From: Thalia democratica
Taxonomy: Eukaryota
Assembly (NCBI GenBank): GCA_965202585.1
Contig: OZ241827.1
Location: 22,878,001-22,942,000 of the forward strand
Direction of reading: 5' to 3'
Length of the DNA: 64,000 nt
Shown here: in pieces, positions 23,801-35,800 of the stretch
Layout: each line of letters opens with the position of its first letter
Position numbering within the stretch: the stretch's first letter is position 1
The notes under the pieces: model-generated
The model's input: only the letters and a program-made list of their open reading frames with translations
Databases searched by the model: none
Told to the model about the DNA's origin: nothing
Program-made: the position numbers and the translations under genes

Positions 23801-26800
23801 ACGATTTGTTAATTAGCTGTGCAATGTAACTATGCCTATTACTTACTCATTAGTGAAACGCTATGAAAAAGTTATCCGCTCTTGCGAAACCAAGAAATAC
23901 TACTTTTTTGTCTTAAGATTACTTTAGTAATAGAAATATTTGAGTTTTTACTTTTTAAAGTACAAAGTTCATATTTCAAAACTCGAAAACATTCTAGACA
24001 TTTTCTGAAATTTTTACTTCAAAGCCGTCGTGAAAAGTTTGTTTTATTTCCGTTGCATCTATGTGCTTAAGGTCATATGACTTTTACTTTATAAAATAGA
24101 AATTTAATTTGATTTTTCAAAGTTAAATTAAAAAAAATATATATAAAAGCACTAAAAAGAAGTTTGTTAAATTTTTTCGTTTTAGTTTAGTTCGGTGGTA
24201 TAAAAATAATAAGTATAAAAACAATCTTTAATTTTTTTTTGACAGATACAAATTCAAATTGTTAGCTCTCATATAATGACAACTTACTTTTCAAACCAAC
24301 TTTTATATGATATAAATTATAAAGTCAAATTAAACTCGTAACAAACTATTTATATAATAATAGAGAGAGGAGTTTTATTTTTAATTTTGTAATAAAAAAA
24401 TTCTTTTTTAAGTAGCTAGTAGTCAAAGCATTATACTTTTCTGGGGCTTTAAAAATTAGATAGCTATAGCAAAGATTGATAAAACTTCATGGTTGAATTG
24501 TAAACCAAAGCATTTTTCGAAGCGTAACTTAAATGCTGACATTTCAGCTTTTACTTACAAAGTTCATGCAGAAACCTCTTAACAGCAGAGCACTTTTAAA
24601 GAGCAGTTACTTTGCAGCTTTGCAAAAAAAAAAAACACACTCTGCAAGATACTACTTAGCGTGATCTATTATTTATGTTTAGAGAACGTGCGTAAATAAT
24701 GGATGCGAGCCACTCTGTGAGCGGAGAATGAGGCTGAAACAGGTTCATTGTTCTCCACCTTGGCACAAACACCGACAACCTCAGTGACTTTTCTTTTGCT
24801 TCGTGAGTGTTTTGATTTCGCTCAGACGCAGGTGACAACTGCGAAAAACTTTTGATCGCAAAGCTTCGGCGCTATCTCGCCGTTCAATCAAGGTTTTTGT
24901 GTCTTGTGTAAACTCAATTGTGAGGCAATAACCAAAGCGCAGACGCGTATCACGATCGTTGTTTTGATTAAGTTTTTTTTGAAAGTGAAAGGAGTTTTGG
25001 CATCTGTCAAACGCGTGTTTTGGCTTGTATAAAAGTTATATCGAGCGTGCTTTTGTGCACTCGAAATAGATGACAAAATGACACAAAGACTGTTTTGACC
25101 TTGCCAAGTCGAACAAAGTCGCTGTTCAGATGCTCTTGAACTTAAGTGAGTCTTTGGAAGAGCTTAAAAATTACAGCAAAGTTGCTAAAAAAGGAACGTT
25201 TCAGTATAACATGTAATATACTACAAAAACTAGTCAATGAAAGTATACTAATAAAACAAACGAATCTCATCATAAAAGTATAAAAGTTTGTTTACAGAAA
25301 AAATTTAAACATCAACTTACAATGATGGGCATCCAGTAGTAATTCAGGTTGGGAGCTTCCAGGAATGCAACGTTGAATCTATTTGTGAAAAGGAAGAAAG
25401 TTATCACTCCCATGGCTGCCACCACTACTAGTTTTCCTGAAACATAAAATCAACTATAATTTCATCCAAATAAGATTTTTAATAGCTTATAAAATTAAAA
25501 TGGTTAGTGAACAAATGTACTAGAGCTTACAAAAAAATTAGAAGCTGATTGTAGGTTCCTGAAAAAGTTAATAAAACTGATTTGTTTTTAGCAAAAGCGT
25601 TCAATCTCAATTTAACTTTATATAACAATTTTTATTGTTATTAATGAGAATTTAAGAGCAGTAAAAAGCGTTTTTAGCTATTCTATCAAAAAGTGTGTTT
25701 CTTTTCCACTATTATAGTCATTGAAGTTTTTACTGGATAAAGTTTAATTGATGATTAATGTTTTTTAATGCTTATTAACTGGTAGGTATTTTTACTAAAA
25801 CTAATTAATTACCTTTTGAGTTGTATGCTTTTTAAAGATATATTGCCGTTTGTCGACTATTACAATTTCTAAATAGAAAGTTTATCCAGTCCTCTACAAA
25901 CCACACAAAATACAAAATATTTTTTAAAACATTTTATTTCTATTTTGTATGCCAACTGTCAAAAGAAAGTCCAAGACAATAAACCCATTATAAACGAAAG
26001 GCACATTTGGAGCTGTGCATATTTAGCGGCCTGTTAATAACATGCAACTGCTTTGAACTGGAATAAATCATTGGTTTGTTGAAATATGTGCGCTCAGAAG
26101 TAAAGTTTCAAACACGAATGAACTTTGTTTTAAAAATAGTTGTGTATCCATACCAGCTCGGGCTTAGCTCGGTATAAGCTGCGCAATGAGAGCTCTTTGA
26201 AATCGATTTAATTAGCTACTCTACAAACTGCCTAAGTTTTATTCTCTTCATCCTGCAGTGCATTGCAGGAAATCGGCCAACGGAAACTAACGTAGTAGAA
26301 GTTTGCAAGAGAAAAAACAGATCAATTATTTATTCAGTTAGCGTTTGTTTAAGCTGCACTAACTTCTAAATTTAGCTGTAAAACCTATATAACGAGGGCT
26401 TACTAGAAAAAAAAACATCAAAAGAAATATGGATTGGAAAATCGATAAGTCGTTGGCGCTTTCAGCATGAAGTTTTCCCGCTCTTTTCACAATGAAAGGA
26501 AGCAAGCAGTGAGATAAATTTCATAGAACGCCCAGGCATTTTGCGTGGGGAGGAATTTCGCAATGTTAAATTAAACCGCTGGAAATATTTTCGCGCTGTT
26601 TTTCCATTAAAGAAAGGTTAATAATAAAAGCGTTCGGCTGGGAAAAATCAAAAACGCCTACACTTCAAAGAAGTAGTAAACACACGAGCAAGAAGTTTCA
26701 GCGAACAACGTTTGCGAAGAAAGGCAACAATTCATCTCGATCAAACAATAGGCTCTTGTTAATTCAACTGTCTTCGACAAATTTACGTTTGACCCGTGAA

Positions 26801-29800
26801 ACCAGCTCGATACTTCGCTCCCTCCACTCACACACAGCGTTAACAGCTTTTGTGACGTCACGTTCAACGAGATTTTGCGTAACACTAGAGTAGTAGACGA
26901 AATCAATACAGCTACCATCGAGCTCAAGTGAAAAGTTGAAACAAAACGCGCTGAACAAAAAAAAAACTTCAGCGTTTTTTATAAAACCCGTTTCGCGCCC
27001 ACCCAAGCAACGCCTCGTCTGGCGCCACCTTGCGGAAAAATAAGTCACGTGACGCTGATGGCGTGATGTGAGTGGGAAGCCAGAACTCATGACTTCGTTC
27101 GCCACACTCAATGTGACGTCACATTGAACACGTTTGCGAAACCTGCTCAATGGCGCGTTTATGCAAGGTTGCATCAGCTCGCTTTTTGTATTAGAAAATT
27201 AATTTATATAATATAATTTAGAGGATTTGGTTACTTTATAATTCTAATTTAATGTACAAATTGTTTTTTTAGCTTACTATATTTCTACCAATTGTGTTGT
27301 GTAGTCTAAAATAAAAAAAATTTAATGCTTTTCTTTAAAGTAGAACCCCTATTGAAGCGCAAAAAGCTTGTTACTTTCATTTGTATTTTGACAAAAGATT
27401 TTTTAACAATCACGTTTTTTATATAGACTACTAGCTAAAATTTTAAAAACAATTTTACACTGCTGCAATTAAAAATAGACTTATTGTTGTTTAAAACGAA
27501 AATTTTAAGATTACTACTAAAAATCACCACTCTGAGTAGACCAAAAAAAAGAGTTTAATTTTTTTGCTAAAATAAAAAAAATTAAACTGTTAAATAAAGC
27601 TACAGACCACTAACAATCTTGAATGACATCATACCAAAACCAACATGGATAACAGACAAACTTATCACGAATTTACGTGCATATTAATGAGCTCAACACA
27701 AATAATAGACGCAAAGCACACGAGTTACAAAATGAATAATAAATGCAACTGACCCATCAACAGCACAAAGTCGACGACCTTGTCCAAGACGGCGGCCCGC
27801 AATATGTTCCTGAACAGGAGCTTGAATGCTTCTTTCGCCGACCAGCAGAAGTTCTTGCCGTAAATGGCTATCTGTTTGAGGTGATTGTTACGTAATAGTG
27901 GACAGTTGTAATGTTTGGTGTAAGACATTTGATGGGATTAAAGTTTTATTGTACATATGGTTCGTATGTGAAGTATTATGATACGTAAAACAAAAATTAA
28001 TTTACTGTTGTAAACAAATAAGGAACAAGATTAAACAATAAATAAGCTTTAATTATAATTTTCAGTTTTAAAAAACTTAAATTATTTTTCTATTTAATAT
28101 TTAATGACTTAGTTTAATTATTCCCTAAGTTTATTTTATCAAAAAATGTTGTAATTTTTTAAAAATACAGTTACTTTACACAGTCAAAGTTTTATTAGTT
28201 TATTAAAATAAGTTTCTTTGTAAGATTTATCTTTGAATCACCAGAAAAACTTACTTAATATACACATATCAAACTGTATTTAATTTTACTGTTTAGATCA
28301 TAAAACTAATTACTAAAAGCCTCATGTAAAGTACGTACATATAATTTACGATTTGTAATAATCATAAAATACATTCGAAACAGATGTACTTTAAAGCTTT
28401 TAATATATTTATTACAACGCACGTTTACGACTGCCACACTAAAAGTTATGTTAGTTTGTACAAAAATCTAAAGCATGTCCAACAATAAATATACTGTAAA
28501 GTTTATTACCTTTTACTGCTTAATTTACCATCACACACTGGCTCACAACGCAGGTCACAGCCTGCCTCGTGGAATCGTAAAACAAATATCCAACCACCAA
28601 ACATTTCACAGCTATGAGTAATGCGTATTAAAAAGTGTGGTGAGTGTGAGTTGGCCGGTTATAAGAAATACACATATGGCCTGATGTACTAATTACAATA
28701 AATGTTACTTTGGTATTTCGTGTTGCACGAAGGTAGTTAGTCTGTGTGTTTTGGTAACTCAAAAGGCACGTCTAGACATGAGCTTGCGGTCTGCCAAAGC
28801 CTTTAAGTTCTGGCAGAAGCGGATTAGGCAGTTAGCGTAAAAAACAAACGAGCGCACAGAAGCAAGACAGACCAGTGTAGCGCTAATTAGCTGGTAGAAT
28901 GAATGAAAACAAAACGATGGTTTAGCAGCACCCTAGGGCAAGCTTACACACAGATGAGATTAAAATCAAATAAAAACTTTGTGTAGATGTTGCAACCGCA
29001 CATAATAAATCAATTAGATGTATAAGCGGTTACTGATGAATATTGTCAAGTGTAATGAAATTCTCCCATATCGCTCATAATATTTTTAGAAGGCCATAGA
29101 GCATAGAGCACACGGTAGCTCTCAGCGGTCAAGTAGTAAATTGCTTATACCGTTTTTTTGTGCTTTTATTTTACAGCGGTCGTAGCTGAAAACATCTACA
29201 CATTAACTCGTTGCCTCGAGCAGTAAGCTTTCAAGGTGTACATGAAGATAAGCCCGTTACTGTCTTAAAGAAAAATACAAGTATTTCTGCTAACAAAATT
29301 GGCAAGTTTATTCGGTCTAATGCTTTTTAAATCACCGTTTATCGGCCCGTTGCAGATAGACGCAGTGATAAGGATTCCGAAAAAGCGCAATTTATATCGT
29401 TTTTACATCGGTATAAATACACATAAAAGAGGCAGATCAAATCATCTGAGAAATCGAATTAAATTACATTACCAGTGTTTTGAATAGAAAGTTAAATAGA
29501 TTTTTTTTTATTGAATTAAACATTGAGTAACATGCTTGAAATTTATTGCTGAACAAATTGAGGCAATACTGAACTCTGATCTTACATTTATATGCCGCAA
29601 TAAAATTGTGTTTTATATCAAATGTCAAAAGTGTTTTTGTTATTGACGTAGGTTTTTTTGAAATTAGATTCAGACTTCGAAATAAATTAATATTTAATGT
29701 GCTTATTGAACTTTTTTATTACTACTTAATTTTTCGGCAGCTTTGCACGGTAACCACAAGTCTCAATATAAATATATTTAATATTAATGTAGTTTATGAC

Positions 29801-32800
29801 AACATTTATTGTTTTGAAGAATGCTATAAATTTAATACGTATTTTCATACGCTTTAAACTTGGGCCAATAAAAACCAAATTTATTTTGTTAGAAACATTA
29901 ATCAAAAAACATACTTTAAAGCACAAGTTTTTTTTTGTTTATTTTATACTAAAGTCGCTTTAAAAAGTCAAAAACAACACAAATAAATGTTAAGTTTAAA
30001 TTCTGCATATAAAAGACTTTTTTAAAAGCTGAAAATTGTAACGTTTCTAAAAGGAATGTTAAGTAATTTTTAAACTTTTAGAACTATTTAATTAAAAGTT
30101 GCTTGTTTTAAATTAAAAAAGGCCAAACCCAAGAAGAAAACCTAAAAATAGTACAAAGATTGATGAGTTATATAAATTCAATGATAATACTTGTATTTTC
30201 ACCTTAAAATCAATCAAACTTTGGTTAAATTATTTGCCAACCGTGCAAAACAAAAAAGCCAGCATTCTCCAAACAGCAAATTGGTGCGGCGAATTAATCT
30301 CTTAATATACGGCGTAATCCCATATTAATTCACAAAATCAAAACAGTCAGTTTCACCGCGTCGCGACCGCGCAAGAGAATTTCATAACGAGCTCATTCAT
30401 TGTGTATGTGGTGTGTGTTTGTGAGCGCACCAACAGACAACAACGCGTTGCTTTGTGCTGGCAGCGCTCCAAATTAAACGCGAACTGAGATTTCAAATTG
30501 AAAGGTCACCCACAACCAGCGGCTTTCTCATCAACTTTGGTTGTGTTGTGCAAGCAGCTCTTTGGTGACAACAAGCGGTTAAGTTTATTAGATTAGGAAG
30601 TACAAAAAAGTCATGATGATCGTTGTAGGTTTAATCCACCTGTATGTGTGAGTTTGCCTTTAGTTTGCTTAGATCAATTTGATGTTATTGGAAATAAATA
30701 GGGAAAATTAAGACTCATATGTAAAGTGCAAAAAATGCCATAGTTAAATTTTGACTAATGCAGTTTTCTAAAAAGAAAAAGAAATATATATAACTTTGTA
30801 TTAAAATCAAGACAAAACGTAAAAACTTGCATTTGTGTAAATTATAACAACAAGAAAAAGAAAGTATAAATTGAAGAGGAAACGGATAATAAAACGGTTT
30901 TGTATCCTTTTATGAGACATTTTCTGACCTCAGATTAGTCCATATATTTTAAACAACATAAACTTATTAGAAATTAAAAAAAAATCATTTATTACTGAGA
31001 TCTTTCAATGTAGACGAAATTTTAATATATAATAAAAAGTTTATTTTTTCTATATAAGTTTAAAGTTTTGAGTACATTGAATGTCGATTATCAAAAATTT
31101 CAATAAAAGCTTTGTTCCTTATAAATTTCAGTTATAGCCTCCACAGTAAATATTGCTCTGGATCTTATGGTTACGAAATTTTCGAGAACTACATTTAAAA
31201 AATACTCTAAGTACATTTATAATAACTAATAAGTCTTCAAGTCATCACAACAAAGTTTTCTTTTTCAGGTTTACAAAATTTACATAAACATTTACTTACA
31301 CTAAAGTATTAAAGATCATTAATACTAAAAGTTATTGTAATAAACTGAAAGTAAATATGAGCACTAAAATTTTTATTTCGTAACTACTATTGTTTTTATG
31401 ATGTGTCATTGGAGAAAAATAAGACGTTAAAAAGTATTTAAGGTTTTTAGACTATGATAAGCTTTTTTGTGGGCAGTTATAAAGTATTTGTAAGTTCACA
31501 AAAATGTTTTTAAATGTATAAGTTTATCAAAGCGTTTTACTACGGTACTGTCAACTTGTAACTCTTAATAACTTTAAAATTAGAAAAATTGTAATTTGCT
31601 AAAAAAAGTATCAAACAATTTTGACTTCTTCATAATGAATTAAATTAATAATTACAGTTTAACTGTTTTTTGAAAAGCTTTAATAGCTTTAAGTTAAGAT
31701 AAGCTTATAAAGTGAACCCTGGATGTAAAATTTTATATAGTGTTAAAGTGTTGTAAATTCTAAACCTACAAATAATAATTTAGTGAATCATTTTTAGTTA
31801 CACGTTGTGTTCATTTAAAACCACACATTAACATGTTTCAAGTATTAACCTCTAACGACACCTAGCGGATAAAAAACCAACCATGATATACGCGTTTCTG
31901 TTGATGAACTTGAGGAACTTCTCGAGGCACCAGAAGCAGCATCTGAGGCAGGTCATGATGAACTTGGCAGCCTTGTTCTCGCTCTTCTTCAGCTTCTGAT
32001 TCAGATACTCCAGGAAGATCCTGATAAGTTGCACCAGAGCGATGATGAACGCTCCGAACGCCAGAGACCCGGTGTGGTATCTGGAGAAAAAATAAAACTT
32101 TTTTTTGTAAAAATAAATTATTTTGATTAAATAATTTTTTTAAAATAAATCCATGTATTTAGAATAAGTAATTTGATTAAGCAGAGAGTAATAAAGTTTC
32201 AAAAATTAAAAGCTTTTTAATTGAGTATAGAGTGAACCTGAACAATTAAAAATATTTGATACTTTTTTTCATTATTCATAGGTTCAAAAACTATTGACTT
32301 TGTTTAGATATTCATGTAGTTTTTTTACTGGTTACATGACTTTTAACATTACGACAATTCAAATCCTTTTGAAAAATTTTAAATGGCTACATTTAAAAAA
32401 TCAATTTTTTAAAAAAGTAAAGATGTTTATGTAGGTTTAATTATTAAGATTATGATAGTAAAAAAAAAAATTTAAAGGTATTTTCAATTTTAATAAAAAT
32501 TTAAATAATCTATTAGATTTCAAAACTTATTTAACCATATTAAAAAGAACTAAACATTTTTTGAAATAAAATAATGTTCTTGTAGGCCTAACTAATTAAA
32601 TAACAATTACAAAAAATTAGAAGAAATTGTTTATTGAATGAGATAATTAAAAATAGATATAAGGTATTAGAGTTTAAACTTTTGTAATTAGAATTATAAC
32701 AATTTGAACAGTCGTGCACCTCTTTTATTGAGTTTAGTTGCGAATTTTTAGGTTGTATACTCAGAAATTTAGTTCCTGCGGGTTTATAACAATCGATTTA

Positions 32801-35800
32801 ATAAACTATACATGGCCATCAAACTTGTGAAAAAAAAATTTTTGTTACAAGTTTTTATTAGGGTACGAGTCAGCAAACATTAGTATTAAAAAACTTTCTG
32901 CTTATTTGAAAACTTATCGGTTAACATTACTCCTTTTATTGGGGAATTTTTTTTATTAATTATGCATTTTCACGGAAATAAAAAAGATGCACTAGAAACT
33001 AAATTGTTTAAAAATTAAACAAAGTTTGCTTTTTACCTATAAAATGGTATACAAAAATTTTTATAGATATTTATAACTTAAATTTAGATGAAAAGTAAAT
33101 AATTTTCATAAACCAGTACATTTATCACTTTAAAAATTTTGTTAGCACATTTTTTGATAAACCAAAAGTTTTTTGAATTTTCTTGTCAAAAATACGACTT
33201 AGATAAAAGTTTATTGCAAAAATAAAATGCACATTACAAAGTTTTTAAATGTTTAAAACTGTAAACCAATACATATTTCTATTTAACTTAGACTTACTGA
33301 AAACAAGCTTAACGGATAATTAAAGAGCTGTTGCTATTATTGTAAATAGGTTTAAAATGTTTTGACTTAAAACAAAGACAAATTGATAATTCCTAATGCA
33401 ATAAAAGTACAAAAAAACTGACTGTTTAAAATAAATTAAAGTTAGTATAATTATTGAAAAGTTATACGCTATTTGGTGCTGTTAACAGGTATTTTGATTG
33501 AGTGGCTGTAGGAAGCTATATCACCAAAAAAAAATTATAAGAAGAACAAATTATATTTTCAAGTAATAAAAATATGGATGTATTTGCAATAATATTAAAA
33601 GTTATCATGATTGTTTTTGTTATAAGACTTATTTAATAATTAAGTTTGTTAATAGTTTTTTCAACCGCAAATAAGAAATATTTTATAAACAATTTTATAA
33701 CCATAATTTTATAAAAAACTTCAAATATCAATAAAAGAATTCAACTACTTTTGTTTTTGAAAGTTTTATTAACTTTGTAAAACAGCTTTTTATAGTGTTT
33801 TGACTGTGTTACTTTTTCACAAAACAATTTTCACATTGTTTGTAATCGAAAACAAATTTTTCAATTTTATGAAAATTGTTCTTTGTCAATAACGCAACGT
33901 TTTTAAACTAGTTTTAAGTACTTTAGTTTTAAAATATATTCAACTACATGAAAACTTTCTAGTAAAGTTTTAACTTTTTTCAAGTTGCATAGCTTTGTAT
34001 TCTATTTTTTTAGCTACAACTTATTTTTCAACTATGTTTAGCGTTTAAAAACATGAATATTCCATTGATAGTAATTAAGCTAACCTCAGAGATCTTCCGA
34101 ACGATTGGTAGAGAGGGAAATAAGGAATATCTTTAGATTTATCCCATGCCCAATAGTACGATGCAAAACAACCTGTACAAAAATAATTGTTTGAAAAAGC
34201 ACTCCTTTAAAAATATAAAGTTTTGTTTAAACAATAATATAATATTAATAACAGTACCATACTTGATCGATTTAATATAAACAAACAAACTTTTAACCAG
34301 TAAGCAATACAAGGCTTGGTCGTAAAACTTATTCGGCATTACAGAACAAAAGAGGTTTTATTTTACACGAAAATTTCGCTTTGTTAAGTTGTAAAAGTAT
34401 ACAAAAGGGAAGTACAAATAATGACTTACCGTAAAAACGGAATTAAATTTACTGTTTAATGGCCAGCAAGAAATTTTCGTTTGGAAAAAGTAACAACATA
34501 TAAAGTTACTATATTAGGAAACTATTATTCAAATTTATCTATTATAAAACAGTTGAATAAGGAGAAACAATCTGCTAAATAAGCAGTTTTAATACCATTA
34601 AAAAACATGTCCAAAAATCACAATTGTTAACACCAAAACTGCAGGATAACATGGAAATTACGTAGTCTTTAATGAGTTTGTTTTCCAATGTTTTCGTTGT
34701 CAGTAGAGAAATTCATTATCTGAACAGTGCTTGTCGAAAGCTCTTGAAAGCCAAAATTAAACCCTTAATAATTTATTCTTTTCACAGCTTGTGCTGTGAT
34801 ATAGTTTTGGAAGTTTTCAAATAAAATTCTTTTGTGTACTCAGCCAAAAAATTGTGATTTCAGCAGTAGCGTAAAACCAACTTTTAAAAAGTTTTAAATA
34901 TAAAGCAGTTCAAAGAAAAATATAAGGATATTTATGCTCTGAAAAAAAAAACTTATATTTCAAATTAAGATTTTTTAAAATTTACATTATTTGAACAAAA
35001 TATAAAACATTTTCACACCATACCAACTGTTATACAACAGTAAGCAGTTACAATAAAACGGTTTATCTTAACCTAAAGTTAAAAATAAAAGGTTAATTCT
35101 TTTTTAAACAAGATTTTGTTATGCACAATTTTTTTTAATAGTTTTTAAAAAATGACTTCTTTTTCAAGCTCTAAAAAGGAGTCTATAAGAAAGCAATTGC
35201 TTAATTAAAATAACTACTCAAATTTTTTAATTCAGCTCATATGACAGCCTCTAAATTTAAAAAAGAAATGAACAGAATAGTAACGTCTCGTGACAAATGT
35301 AAAAAAGTAATTAATCATCCACAAAAAACTATATATTTTAGTTTAAAGCTAAAAGTAATACTTTACTTATCTATGAAATATTACAATTTATATTGAAAAG
35401 TAAACTCCTTTAAGACAATATTTATTTACTTAAGTAGAATAGCAAAACAAAAAGAATTAAACTTCTTTGTTACTTTCTAATAAGTGCATTCTTATTTGGA
35501 TTTATATCCGCTGATTTTATTTGTAATCGAATACAAAGAAGAACAAGAATCAAAATATTAAATTAAAACGTTTAGATGCATCAAAATTAAGAGTATTTCT
35601 AAAATAAATCTAAGGTTTTCCTTTTTGAGTACGGCTATAAACAAAAATAAGAAAAATAAAAACCTAAACATACAAACTTGTAGATTGTTTCCCATCCGTC
35701 ATGTTTACACAAAACACAGTGTTTATTAAAATATTTAAATGTAAAATCGGTCATTTATACGTTTATTAGAAGTAAGTTGCCTACAGTGCTTAATTGAAAG

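Noticed and set aside
28778-28840. 20-aa basic sm[23 protein letters not shown] antisense within SLC44 intron 15
   Set aside because: Too short to distinguish from chance, and no promoter or poly(A) support seen. Would need Ribo-seq or conservation evidence.
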